Assembly (NCBI RefSeq): GCF_000181795.1
Contig: NW_003526944.1
Span: 3,872,596 to 3,936,595 of the forward strand
Reading direction: 5' to 3'
Source: Trichinella spiralis
Lineage: Eukaryota
Length of the DNA: 64,000 nt
Shown: positions 38,901 through 52,573 of the stretch, in pieces
How the letters are laid out: each line of letters starts with the position of its first letter
Position numbering within the stretch: position 1 is the stretch's first letter
Translations under genes and position numbers: made by a program
The notes under the pieces: generated by a model
Database searches by the model: none
What the model saw: the letters and a program-made list of their open reading frames with translations, nothing else
What the model was told of the DNA's origin: nothing

Positions 38901-41900
38901 AACCGAATCATCGACGCTCTTTGTTTCGCATTTGCACGAGGCGAAGTCAACGCTTGCATGGAATTGTTGCGTATTTTGAACGACTGGTTTGCCGACGACA
39001 GTGCTGCAGTTGGTAATATTTTTCTGACTCGACTACTGGCTGCGATTATGAAATATAATTTTTTTTTTGCAATTATGAAGCATTCAATTCGAAAATATTG
39101 CAACGATTGTCACGCTTTGCAGAGCCGGATAAATTTGAAGAAATTTTACACTGCGCTGTTAAGCAAGTAATTGTTGTCCATCCATATCATTGTTTTGTTT
39201 TGTTTTGTTTTTTTGAGTTTTACAATATTTTTTTGTTGTTGTAATTTTAGAATTTGGTTTTCGATTCAGCTACGTTGCAGAATTTGCAGGAAAAATTTTC
39301 CAATACTGGCAGTGAAAAGTTCGTCGAATATTTAAATACACTGATGAAACACGAACCATCATCCGTGAATGTGAAAAATGTAAGTGCTTGTTTCATCAGC
39401 TTCAGAATGATAAATTTGTTTCAAATCAGTTTTTTTTGTTCTTCTTTTTAATTTCCATATTTCAGGCAACAACGGCAGTATCAAATATTGATGTGGATCA
39501 ATTTATTGACGAGTGCAACCAGATGGGCGTGGTGGACAAATTTTTAGCAGATGTGATGCTTCGGAAAGCTTTCGCTGATCAGGTAGGTGACTTTGTGTGA
39601 GATGTTCAAAATTTTTATTCTTTAATGGTAAATTTTTAAGAAATACGATGATTTCAAAAAACTCTACCTCTTCTTGAAAGACCACAACGACTGGTATGCA
39701 ACCGTGGGCCACGACCAACAGATGATCCACGTTTATCTGGTTACCGATGAAGTGGATCAAGCGGTGCAACTATTCAAATCGAAGTTTGTGAAAAATTATT
39801 ATTTTTGAAAATTTATAATATTTTCCCATTTTTGCTCATCAGAGAAACGAAATATGCTCATACGGCACTCGCTGTTGCGGAAGCGTTGGTCAAACAGAAG
39901 CGTGTGGACGACGCTTTGGATATTCTGAGGGAAAATTGCAATCGCACGGACGAATATGACAGTGGACGGTTTGCTGCGGCGTTGAACTCGTTTCTCGACT
40001 CGGCTGTAATGAACGTTTCACCGGAAGAATTGTGCAATCTGTTGAATGGTACATCGGTTGACAATTTTCCCATGAATATCAGCTCACTGATGACCAAGTG
40101 CATCAAAAAATACATTGACCGGTAACTACTGTATAACATATGCGTATAAATTTTAATGTTAATATGGAATATTTGTAAAATTGTAATCAATTGTCGTGCT
40201 GTATATATTGTTGATTATGAATGAATAAAAATAATTATAGGAATGAATTGGATAAAGCGGTGGAATTTTTCGAAAGAGCCGCATTATTTTTCCGCCGCAT
40301 CCCGTACGCAACTGAACTGACAATTGAATTGGTAAAAAAGGAACAGTCGGCTTTGTTGCAGAAAGGTATTTATTTTTCCATACGCCTTTGCAAAATTTTG
40401 CATATATATATTTATTTATTTATTTATATGGTAATTTGGCATGTTATTGTTTGAAGCATTTGACATTGTCGTACGAATTCGAGGCGAATTGCACGCCGTG
40501 ATGACGCTGGCCCTGGCGTTGGTTAGCTGTGGTCGTGTGGATCAGGCGAATCAGCTTTTGAAACGTCGAGGTGTCCGGATTGATCACAACCATTTGATCA
40601 ACTTTTGCAGAATTCGTGTGGAAAACAATAAAGTTTGTTTGTTTGTTAACTTTAATTTATTTATTTATTGGTTTTTTCTTAGTTTCGAGATTTGGAAGCA
40701 CTTTTCACAGCAACCAATGGTGTAGTGGATTGCAATCGCAACAATTTGCTTTCGTTTTTGTTGATCACTTACAGTATGCAATTTTTGGAAACGAAATATT
40801 CTCTATTTTATTTGCATATTCTATTTGCACAGGAAACTGTCGAAATTGGCGACGTGCGTTGTATTTTTGGAATTTGTTGAAGGAGGAAAATTTTCACCTG
40901 TCCAAGCGTAATCTGTTGTTGTTCAAAAAGATTTTCAGCGACAACGGCCAACTGCCTCCGGATGATTTGATTGTACGTTGCTTGTTGAAACAATAATTTA
41001 TTAGATGAATTTGGATGAATATTTATTTGGAAATTTTCATTTCAGGAATTGTTGGAAAACAGTGGAGTGGAACGTATGGGCAGTGACATGGATTCATTGG
41101 AACAGACCGAAGATGATCTGCTCAAGTCGATCTACAACGTCGTGCCCAGTTCTGAAGTTATTGCTCTTTTGAATGAGGTAAAAGAGGGGGGGGGGAGGGG
41201 GGATTTTTTGCTTTCTTATAAGTATAAATTTAAATTCGCTTCAATGTGTGTTTGTAGAAGCGAATTGAAGAGGCGGTGAATTTGTTTCAAGAGGTCGTGC
41301 AGATGCGGCAATCTTTTCCGTTGAAAGTCAGTCGTCAAGTGATCATGACTCTGAGACGTATGAAAGATTGGGAATCATTGTCGAAAATTCGTCGTTCACT
41401 TCCCGCATCTGATGTTCGAATGCTGAACTTGCAATATTACATCGGAGAAGTGATGATAAACTGGTAAATCAAAAAAGCCAATAAATATAATTAATATGCA
41501 CAAACGATGTTTATAACAATTATGAATGCATGTCGAGTGAAAATTGTAGTGGCGAATGTGAACATTTTTTGGAATCGTTGGAAATTCGCCCAAGAGTACG
41601 GACCTATTCGTCGTTGGTGGCGCTACTATTGGAAAACAACCCCAAATTGGAAGAACGAGGTGATTTTTAAAAAGAAAAATTTGCATGCGAAAAATGATTA
41701 AAACTGTTTGTTCTGTTGAAGTTCATCTTTACGCTGAGAATGCTTATCGTTTGAACAATCCGGTGCCGTTGGTCGGCCTTTGGATGTATTATACGGTCAA
41801 TGGACGTGACGAAGAGGCGCGAGCTTTAGCAGAACGACTGGGCGAGAAAGTTATCGCCAGCTGCTTAAAATATCAGTATTTATTTCAACAGGCGAAAGAT

Positions 41901-42388
41901 CGAAATCAACTTTCACAAATGATCGACAGCACGTTGACAATGATGAAAAAGCATTGTACGACCGAAAGCATTTCCGCGGCTGTTGGTTCTTTGATTCTCA
42001 TTGAACGTGAGTGTATAATCTTTTTTTTTTGTATTTACTGTGTAATTGTATAATTTGTGTGGTGGGGTTTTGTTCATCTTTTTTTTGGCTTAGGAGAAAA
42101 TTCGCAACGTGTAGAAGAGCTGATAACAATGGCGGAAGAAAACGGCTGGACGAACAGTAGATTTTACAAAAGAATCATGAATGGATTGAAGTCGTCGACC
42201 ACGATGGTTTGTTTGTTTTCTGTTGTAGTAGTTGTTGTTGTTGATTCTTATTCAAATTAATTAAGAATGAAGATTTGCCAGATGATGCGGAATTGATGAG
42301 TAGCGACGATGACGACGATCATGATGACATCAAGGAAGATTTGGATCAGAACAAAGCAACAACAACAACAACTGCGGAAACGCCTTAA
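35995..42388 (+). CDS. LRPPRC: Leucine-rich PPR-motif-containing mitochondrial protein (LRPPRC/bsf/mma-1-like), many exons
   Basis: Exon 1 MNVSRILLKKYNVPTYRSLSFIRY is presequence-like and splices in phase to 36263. PPR-like segments: VEHYNARIVVYNENG, MEEAGIEPSRYTFELLVHQCCKQGNIEEA, METKGLRPSSLTYAAKLLAHAELGD. GIPLRTQYFWPLL matches the LRPPRC HYFWPLL motif. Acidic tail, TAA at 42386-42388. Confidence 0.85.
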
Positions 42389-42779
42389 AGATGATAGATA
42401 ACTTTGCCATTGTGAAGAAAATAATTTTCACACACATTTACTTTTCGTGGTTCGTTAGTTCAATTAAGTTCAATCAATATAAGCACGATGGTAACAGGAA
42501 AGTAAAAATTTGAAAAAAAAATTATATCATATATATTTATATTTGTTGTATTGTTATCCAGTCAATTTATTTTTTTTTGAGCATCATATTTTTTGAAATA
42601 ATATATAATGTGCTTGTTTCTGTTTTTCAGGAAACAATTGCGATCTATAATTTATTTATTTTCTAATAATTGAATCAACGCATCAGATGCGGTAGAAAAA
42701 TTCTACGAAAAACTTACTTACTTTACGAAGAGAAAATAAGCCGTTGTTTTTGTTTCTATTTTCAAGATGCTATTTAATA

Positions 42780-43985
42780 CTACAGGATTATACTATCATC
42801 GGTAATGTAGGTCATGTTAGAAGCGAAAAAATTGAAGATTAGGTTGAATGGATAAAGCTCTGTGAAAATTGCAATCGGTTGAGAAGTATTTTTCGATACT
42901 CTGTGCAATTTTGTCCAATCATAAATTCCATACTGATAATCGGTGTTGTTGATTCTGCACAGAAGCGGTGCCCCTTCGGTTATTACTTTGAGTTTCTGAA
43001 AAGCGAAAATTACACCACCTATTTTAAGCTTTTTCGTTTTTTTTTTCTCAGTATTTGATGCAAATAATGGTTTTTGTTTTTTTTCAGGTTGTGTAGACAA
43101 TTTTTTCCATATGAATAAAAATGAGAGACGAAGAAAATTTATAATAGAATAATTTGACGATCAACATTTCCACTTACTTCGAGGTCTATCGTAGTATTAT
43201 TGGAAGCGGATACTGTGCATGTTCCGCAAAGTTGACTCCTTCTTGAAACCGGAAAATGAGCGGGATGTGTTGGCCATTTGTTGGGCGGTAAAATTATTAT
43301 TTTAAAAAACGGCTGAAATGTGAAATGTATTCCACTGCTAATGTGAGGCATGTAGCATTCCATGTCGGCTGAATATGGAAATTTCCCTTCCGGCAAACAG
43401 ATTGGAATGTTGCCATCATCATCTTGCAGTGAAATCATGGTGCGCAGTTTGACTATGGCGAAATTGGGAATTCTATCACTTTTCTCTGACATGGAAATCG
43501 GTTCGATTACTTTCACAATTCCATGGGTTGGACCATACCAGCTGATATGGAGCATTTCGGATACTCTGCTCGAGTGGAGGTCTCTGAAAATAAAATGCCG
43601 ATGGAATTTAACCAGTTTTTTTCCCTATTTGCATATTTATACTCTTTTTCCAGGCATGTTCTGGATGTAAGAATCAAGTCGGAAAAAGTGTCGTTGAACG
43701 TCAGCTTGATCACCGTTCCAATGCAACTCTTGTAAATGATTTGCTCTTTAATTCCGAAAATCAGTACCAAATACGACAATCTGGCATCGTCATTGTTTTC
43801 AGCAATGCCACATTCAGCCGACGAACACTGAATGAAATTTTAATTCAAAAACGTACGTAAACGTGCGTGCGTGTATGGAAAGGCGTGCTACGGTGAATCC
43901 AATTTACCTGTTCCAAATTGAATTCTGCCAATACAAGCGACAATATTATTATTATTATTCTTTTTCTGCTGGAATTGAATAACAT
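42780..43985 (-). CDS. Secreted trypsin-fold serine protease homolog, predicted inactive (unit A, 4 exons)
   Basis: Exons 43985-43908 (signal-like MLFNSSRKRIIIIILSLVLA), 43827-43643 (ECG...SCIGTVI...LILTSRTC), 43583-43178 (NFAIVKL, PICLP, QLCG) and 42995-42780 (EGAPLLC...QYGIYDW...PIAIFT). The His, Asp and Ser triad positions are all substituted. Confidence 0.75.
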
Positions 43986-44517
43986 GTTCCAATTTCAAGT
44001 TGATGGTAAAATGTGATCTTCTGATTTGCTGACTGTGATTTTTATTCACATTCTTCGTATCAGCGTACAACTTTAATTTCTTCATTAATTGCATTTCTTT
44101 CAAATTTATTCAACCTGTTCAACAGTAAGTAATACATCGCAATACGGGAAGATGATTCTGGAAGAAGAAAGTAAATTTTTATTCACTTTCACATATAATT
44201 ACTATCATTAATTGGTTTTTAATTGGACGCATAGTGCTTGTTGTTTCAACTGGCTACTGTGATATTTTCAACTTCTGATGATAAATAGTAATGGTAGGTA
44301 AATAATGAATGGAAATTCTAATTATATCAACAGCATGTTTCAAGCCAGTGACAAATTCAGTATTGCAATTGCTAATTTACATTTTGCAAAAATATCTACC
44401 TTAAATGTTGTTAAATTTGCATCAATTCTTCAGTGATGTGACAGAGTTGTTTACTTTCGATCTGCGATATATTATCGGCATTGCAAGTTGTATTTTGAAT
44501 TATCCCCACTGCTGAAA

Positions 44518-45354
44518 ATGGTTCGTTCTTCTGTTTGTAGTAGAAAATTGCATACAAATTTTAATGACAGCACGACAGTACGTTTATCCTGTCTTGTCAC
44601 TTTGTTGCACTTTTTAATATGCAACGTTGTGCTTGCAACGGTACTGCAAATTTTGCTGAAGTTATTGTCCACATTGTTGTTCTGATTGGAAATTTTTTTT
44701 ATTCAGTGTGAAATTACCGATTGCGGTGTGCAGAGTGGAGAAACTTCGTTCTTTCTTCAGCATATTGTTTTTTTCGTTGGCCTCCAGGATGGAATGATGT
44801 TCAAAGATTGCATCGGCACTATAATGCCGTCAGCGCCGAATTTCACGTACAGCGACACGGTGATCACGTCGAGATATTGTTTTACTAATTGGTGATGAAA
44901 ATTATTTTTCATTTTGCATGTCGGTGATTCTTGTTTTTCTTTTTATTCCAGGGAATCGGTTCCAATGGTTGTCCTTGGTGCATTGTACTTGCAAAATGTG
45001 CATGTACAAGGAATTCACATCCGCAGAATGTCCTCGCCTTTTGGACGTGAAGAAGCCAACGCTGTCAATATTCCGTTCAATTTTGCTATAATCAAACTGG
45101 CTTCACACGTTCAATTCAGTTTCGCCGCAATTCCTGTATGTTTAAAATCAGATCTGGTGATCAACGACAACAGCACTTGCTATATGCCAAATATCCACAG
45201 CGTTTTTTTGAACGGTTTTGGTCTTCCTTTCAAACTGAAGATTATCTATCCGTTGGAAAGTTGCGCGCTGTTGATCCCCCAGTTGAAGCTTTCTCCTCTC
45301 AAGCACATTTGTGCGGTATTTATCATGCCACCTGTACTGGTATCGTCAGATTTG
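44518..45354 (+). CDS. Trypsin-fold serine protease homolog, unit B (exons 1-3; no private terminal exon found)
   Basis: Exons 44518-44640 (hydrophobic leader), 44707-44891 (DCG...DCIGTIM...VITSRYC) and 44952-45354 (NFAIIKL, PVCL, HICA), ending in a phase-0 donor TTG|gtaact. Confidence 0.65.
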
Positions 45355-46139
45355 GTAACTAGTTGTTTTTCATTCTTTTTCATTACTCGTATACTGATAA
45401 AAAAGGTTTATTTTTAAATTTATGAAGTGTTGTTTTTCATTTTCACGGTTAATTTGATTTGTGATTTGATACTAATTTTGGGATAATTTTATTTACATTA
45501 CTTTTCAAATTGGCAAAATTGTTCCATTAATTTAGACCTCATCATTACACACAGATGCATTGAAATATAGCAATAGCGCACACAAAAGTGTCGCATAAAA
45601 ATTCAGAAGGACGTTCAAAATCCTATTTGATTGATTGAAAATTGATTGAATTTTACCAGAGCTAATTAATTTGTCTGTTGTTGTTTTTTTGATTTTATTT
45701 TTATTTTTTGATTTGTAAATGTTGCTAAAAATCGTACAGCGCTATGCAAATTCAAAAAGGTGAACAAGTAAACGAGTTGCACAGATGCTTAAAGGCAGTT
45801 TTTGAATTGAGATTGAATTCCATCTGCATAGCTGAATTGTGGATCAGAATTATTGCGAAACAGCTTTCGCTTGTGAAACGTAATTGCAAACAAATATGCA
45901 GTTTAACTAATCTGTGTAAATGTAGTGGGTTTTAAATCCAATTGGGCAATTTAATTTTTGACACTCGTGTTGACATTCGTGACGTACTATTGCGAACTGC
46001 AAAGCTATTTTAGCTGTGAAAAGTTGGAATATTGTCCAGTTTTGGTCAGCAACATCTACTGTGTGGTAGTATTAATTAACTAGCACGTTTTTGTTGTTGT
46101 TATTTCTGTTATTATTATTATTATTATTATTATTCGTCG

Positions 46140-47778
46140 ATGGGTTGCAGAAGCGAGAGAAAAGCATTGTGCTTCAACTATTCGCGCGCGTACTGCTTCT
46201 GTTGGCTATTATTCACATCGGCAATGTTCTGTCCGACGGTAAAAGGAATTGTGGAATTGAAATTTTCGCATTTTGCATCATCATTTTTGTTCAAACTGAA
46301 CTTTAGCTCGACGCAATTCCATGCGGTTTTCGGTATACGTCGTTGCATTTCCATGACCATCTACTGTTTTTCATTTTCGGCCACGGATCAGCCGGCATGT
46401 TCAAAGATTGCATAGGTACAATTATGTTAACCAATGAGAGTAGTATGTACGGTGATCTTATTCTTACTTCAAAATATTGCTTGGATTCTGGGTAAGCTAA
46501 ATGAATATGTTAAACGCTGAATCTCAGCGCCGAAGTTACCGGGATGCTGTTGTTAAGGTGCATGCGGGATGTAAAAGTTATGCCATCGTATTTGAGTGCT
46601 GACTATTTGGATTCGTATGGCTTTGGTGTGCGAAAGATTATTGCTCCTGCAGAAAGACAGTCGTGGAAAAAATTGAATCTTCCCTACAATTTTGCCCTGC
46701 TACGATTGTCTGCGATGATTCCCATTTCAAATTTGGTGACTCCGGTTTGTTTGCCTGCTGCACACATTCAAATGCCAAGGAATACTCCGTGCTATTTGCC
46801 GAAAACTACATACCAAGTGAATCAAGGATTTTCAGAACCTTTCAGATTTTCAAGGATGCCTAATTTTTGGTGTACAGCTATGAGTAAAGAAATTATCATT
46901 ACCCCTGGAATGAACTTTTGTGCTGTACTTCACGTTGCCTCTTTGCATGAGTACCATGCTTTGATTGCTCAGGTAAGTTTGTACCGGTGCAAAATTGCAC
47001 AGACAAACAAGCGAACGATCCTAATTATATTCTCATTGAGAATGCACGTAATAAAATTGTTGTATATGGCTGTAAAATTTTCAAAAAAAAATTTGTAATG
47101 AACGAAGAGAGTAGTATTGCACTCTTTTTTACTTTGCAAGCAAAGTTGGAAAAGAAATTCCGAGAAAAATTCTCAAGTCAGTTTTTCTTATTTCAACTTC
47201 ATTTTCTTCTTATTTCAATTTAAAATTTTCATATTTCTGAAAAAAAAATATTGCTATGCATCATTACTTGTCAAGAAGTTGTACATGTATGCTCGCATAC
47301 GTGCGCGTGTACGTACGCTTGCGTGGTGAATTTTATACGTTGCGTTCATTTTATTATCCGTTGTGAAGCAATTTCTCGCATCGATTTGCTTAAATTCAGT
47401 TCACAATCACTCACTGTTGGGATAATTGTATTCCATTGCCTCTGAATGTGAAAAATGTGTGATGATTATATAATGAAAAAAGCAGTTTTAATTACGTAGT
47501 TATTACAATGGAAAGCTGTGCACAATGTATGAAAAGTTCTTTTTTTTTTCTTTCAGATCCCTAATTCATTATTTGAAGGCGCTCCTTTGCTTTGTTTGCA
47601 TCAAGATAGATTCTACCAAGTGGGCATTTTTGATTGGTTGAAAGTATTCAAAGACAACTTGACCAGGCCAATTGCTCTGTTTTCACGTGTTGCAGCCATT
47701 ACACCACTGATTGAACAAGCGATTGTGAACAATATATCCAGCGAACATAATTCTTTCCTAAGCTGGATTGAATTTTAA
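46140..47778 (+). CDS. Secreted trypsin-fold serine protease homolog, predicted inactive (unit C, 4 exons)
   Basis: Exons 46140-46238, 46307-46491 (PCG...DCIGTIM...LILTSKYC), 46558-46972 (NFALLRL, PVCLP, NFCA) and 47557-47778 (EGAPLLC...QVGIFDW...PIALFSRV). Confidence 0.75.
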
Positions 47779-50700
47779 CGCGGACTTGTTCCGACATTGA
47801 ACTGCGTACAATTTTTTCATTGAATTTGATTTGAAATGAAAATTTATCAATTATCAATCAGTAAGGAATTGAATTTATCCTATTTATAAATATATTTCAT
47901 GAGCATAATGAATGATTTATGGTGTTGTTTTGAATTAATTTTTTGAATAACTTGCAATAAACAACAAGATGAAGTTTTGTCTGCTGTTTTTTTGCTTGTT
48001 TTTCTTTTCACTTTATCATCATCTATCTGATCACATGTGAATCGGAATATCGAGTGTACAATTGCAAATTTGACGTTTGAACGGCAGAGGTCGATTGTAC
48101 AATATCAAACAGACCAGTGTATGATTGTTTTTCAATACACAGCAGAAATGTCGTAAGTCGAATAATTACGCTCATCATAGTTCATTATGAATAACATTTG
48201 CGTGATAAAGTGATATTGATGCATGCAGCAGTAGTTTGGTAACTGACTAATTAACCAACTCTACAGAGTGCACTTCTTTGTCAATCGTACTGTTGTTAAT
48301 ATGATTTAATATAATATGACAACATTTACCAATTAGCGTCAATTAATTATTGATTATCAGTTAACAATGATGTGAACATTCAGTTTCTTGTTTTTGTAAT
48401 AAACCTGGGGTCACTTGCATAATTGGATGTGACACTTGAGAGTTTAATTTTTGTGTAAATTCTTGATTTTCTTTATTTGTCCTAGGAAACTGTAACAGCT
48501 CCAACACCGAATAAACTGCTCCTGGGTAGTAAATAGGTGCTGTTCATTAATGGAATATATTTATTTGAAATGTCAAACAAATGTGAAGAAGCATTTTTTT
48601 TCTGCAAATTTTCTGCAATATGTGAAATGAATTGTGCAATCAATTCGTCGAATAGATCAACTTGTCCAACAATGATAAGTAATTATCAAATCGGTAAACT
48701 ATGCTCGTATTCCACTGCTGATTCATTTGGTCAATGGTCTACTCGAATGAAGGGTACCAATCCAGCATGCCACTGTGTCAATATACCCACCCCTCCGTAT
48801 ATTGGTGTCTGTCACACGGAGGCTTGGTGGGGTAAGATCGTCAAAACCAAAGATGAAGAAGAAATCATCTCTTTACGACATTTCAAATTAATAAATGATA
48901 TTTATTCTCTCAATATGTTGTATTCAAACAAATGGATTAAAGATAAATATCAATGATAATAATAGTGCGCCGTAATTATAAATAGAAAAATTACTTCATC
49001 ACAACTGGCAGTGGAAACGTCCGCTTGTTCGTATTCCACTGTAGGTTGATCGGCTGGTTTGTGCACGCTTACAACGCGAACAATTTCCAGCAACAAATAA
49101 GACTGGAAGTGGAGCAGTTCTGTCAAATTCTTAGCAAGCTGCAACGCCTTACCCATTTCCAATATTTTGCCGTGTGTCTCTACAGACAAATAAGCGAATT
49201 TATCAAGCACGAACGAACAATTAAAGCCTTAGCAGATGCAACCTGTTTTTTACACATCTCCATTTTGAATCACAGTCTCAAAGTGTTCAAAATGCAAAAA
49301 TGGTCAACATCCATTGTTTTGACACATTTCTTTTTTTACATCATCCACATCATTTCAATTTACACTGCTACTTTATATTTACATACGTTGTGTGGTATTA
49401 TTCATCAAAACAAAACATCGTTACATCAAATTCATTACAAACTGTGCGAAACTTTACAACAATAATTATTAATTACATTATTCCTGAACAATAAATATCA
49501 TTCAATCGCTCAAAAAAGTCCAATTAGATGAAGTATATATACATATATTAAAAGTTCAGGCTAGTGGTGAGCTATAGCTGCAAAGTAAACAAACTTCAAC
49601 TTGTTTACTAGAATTTTCATGCAAATTTTTGATCGTGGACTGGACGTAAATTTTCTGGTAAACAAGTCCTACTGTGGCTGCTCTGCAGTACGCTGTGTAA
49701 ACAAATACTTTTACGACTTTCAGTATAAAACCCCACCGAAAGGTTTATATAAGTAGAAAATTTACAATATTAACTATTTTGTTCTTCTCGACTAGAGAAT
49801 ACTATTAAATTTTTCAAAAAAAGCAATTTAAACAAAGTATTTTTTACAGATGCAATTATATCATCATTTTTCATCAAATCTATTGATTATATCATCATTA
49901 TCATCAAAAACTTTTCAATTATATGCAGTTGAAGGCTGAAATTATTAACATTTCAATTTATTTATTTTCTGCAGTTATCCTGGTATAACTGTAGAATACG
50001 CTCAATTTTTCAATTTACACTTTACACTTGCACATGGCGCTGAATTTCCATGTGAACTCAACTGATCTAATATCACAAAGCGCCAATTTACTTCTGTTAT
50101 TCATGTAAGAAAAATTATTCTTTTCCATACGATAAGTTATTTAACATTATTATTACTTTATATTAATTTTACATTGTACATCATAAAAGAGTTTTTCTCT
50201 GGATAATTTTGTTTGTCAGAATGCGCAGCCATATACTTTTTATTTTTTTGCAATAACTTTTATTTATGTAGGTCATTTTTGAAAATTTAAATCCCAAGTT
50301 AAGACATGCGGAGGCGTGTTTTGTCTAAGAAAATGTTTTTGTTATGGCGTATTTTTGTCAGGGGGGGAAAAAAAAAAAGGGGAATTTCAAATGCCCCCCC
50401 TCATTTTTGAATTTTCAAATAACTGTCATTCGTATGATTTGTCATTTTATTTGATTTGTTTCCTCAAAGCATCAGTTTTTCTGGCTTTTTGCTAGTCAGC
50501 TTATAATATTAAATGAGCATGCATTTTATTTCTTATATTTATATTATTTCTAGTATTTAGAATATGCGTGATAATAAAGATCAAATGAGAGTTTCTGTAA
50601 TAAGAAGTGTTTCTATATTTGGCCAAGTTACAATTAAATTTTCTTTTGAAACAGAATGCATTAGTTAAGTAAATAAACGCAATGAAAAATATGCACTGGC

Positions 50701-51099
50701 CTCATTTATCAGCAGAAATGAACAAAATAAAAATTTGCATGCGAGGTCGTTCGCTTTATTGACATATTGGAAATAATTTTAGTTTGAGGCCGTCCGTGGA
50801 TAGAAGCACTGCGTTTGGATTGGAAAATTAACTGAAGACCAATATCAAATGCTAAACACTACATTTGAATTTTATTTATTATTATTTTTTGGAATAATTT
50901 TTGCAAAATAATATTTCAATGAACATCCAAACAGTTTGAACATCAACAATGAGAAGACGATGCATTTTGCCGTAAGTGGCAGTTTTTCATTTTTAAGTTG
51001 TAATCACTTAAACAGTGCCAATTTAGAATTCATATTGAGCATAATTTCTCAATATATTCTCTATGAAGAATTTTAAACATGAGATGATAAGTGACTTAA

Positions 51100-51109
51100 N
51101 NNNNNNNNN
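51100..51109. other. Assembly gap (10 N)
   Basis: Run of N. Confidence 1.
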
Positions 51110-52471
51110 TATTTATCAATTGAAAATATGTTCCTTGGAAAAATCACCATTGCAGTGGGGTATCATACACTTTCAATTGTCCATAAGCTAGCATTTGCCC
51201 AAAAATTGCTCATTTAAAATTAGCTTCATTTTAGCTACTTGGGTTTTGTGATTTAAGAAAGATATCAGACATACGTAGGAGTGTTTCGTCTAAGTCAATT
51301 TTGTTTTATTATGGTCTTTTTTGTTACATAGTTTATATTTTGACTGAAATGTAAATGTCAAGGTCATTTTTGAATTTTCAAATAGTCCTTTCTTTATTGG
51401 TAGAATTTAGCGGTGCATTTCATCTATTCGTATTATATCATGGCTTAGGTTAGATTTGATCTTCAGCCAAAAGTTCTAACGCACTAAAAACCGGTTTCTA
51501 ACGCTACACTATGCAAATAACTATCGCTATAACGCTGCCTTATCATCAGTAAGGGTGCGTTTGTTTGTTTAATTTACTTGGCAATTGGTAGCACCGTTGA
51601 ACGTTCGCTGAGTTCATTGTAGCGTTAAGTAGCTGTTGAAGTCGGTTTGCAGAATTACTAACAAGTATTCCACTTTTCTACTTGTTATTTTTTTAAACTT
51701 TGTATACCCATTTTGTAAACAATTACTTTTTAATTAGATAGCAGTTAATTATTATAGTTGTTGTAATTCTAATTTGTGATAAAGCGAGGACAATTTTGAT
51801 TTAATATCATCATTACAGGTTTAAAGAATGGTGCAAAGAAAAAGTACCAAATGGTACGGGACGAAGCAAATCACAGACGGCCCAAAGCGGAACAAGAGAA
51901 GACAAGAGGTAAATGCGATTTCTTGTGTGTACTGATTCTGTAAAGCAGGGCTAAGGATCCTTCGATGGGGTGAAGTAATTTGTTGGTTTAATTAAATTAC
52001 CTTAGTAATATATGAGAAGGATATTTTTCACTGTAAAACTGTACTTTTTCATATTAACATTAGGGAAGACTTCATCTTTAAAAAGATTGAAAGTTAATTT
52101 AGTAAATTATAACTTTATTTTCTTCAAAGTTCGCATGATCAGAAATATATGGTATATTACTTTTTTGTTTGATTAACATTGTTTGTCAGCGTACGCAGTC
52201 AGTGTGCTATTATTTCAGTGAAAAGATTATGCGATGAGTTCCATTTATGTAGGTCAAATTTGAATTTTCAAATGTGAAATTCAGACATGGCGAGCCGTGT
52301 TTTGACTAAGTCAATTTTTTCATTATTTATTTAGTAAATTTAGGAGTAAATTTAAATGTGCATTTCGATTCATTTTTTAGTAAATTGAAATTTGATAAAG
52401 CGAGAAAATTTTTGATTTATTATTTAGCATTTTTACAGATATGACCAATGAAGAAAAGAGAAAGTGAAAAC

Positions 52472-52573
52472 GCGGACGACACGAAGCAGATCGAGGACGA
52501 CACGAAGCAGATCGCGGACGACACGAAGCAGATCGGGGACGACACGAAGCAGTTCGAGGACGACACGAAGCAG
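52472..52573 (+). repeat. 21-bp tandem minisatellite, about 5 copies
   Basis: Unit G(C/A/G)GGACGACACGAAGCAG(A/T)TC, translating as xDDTKQI/F. Confidence 0.95.

Noticed and set aside
52472..52573. CRISPR-like repeat
   Set aside because: The repeats are contiguous without unique spacers, the context is eukaryotic, and no cas genes are present.
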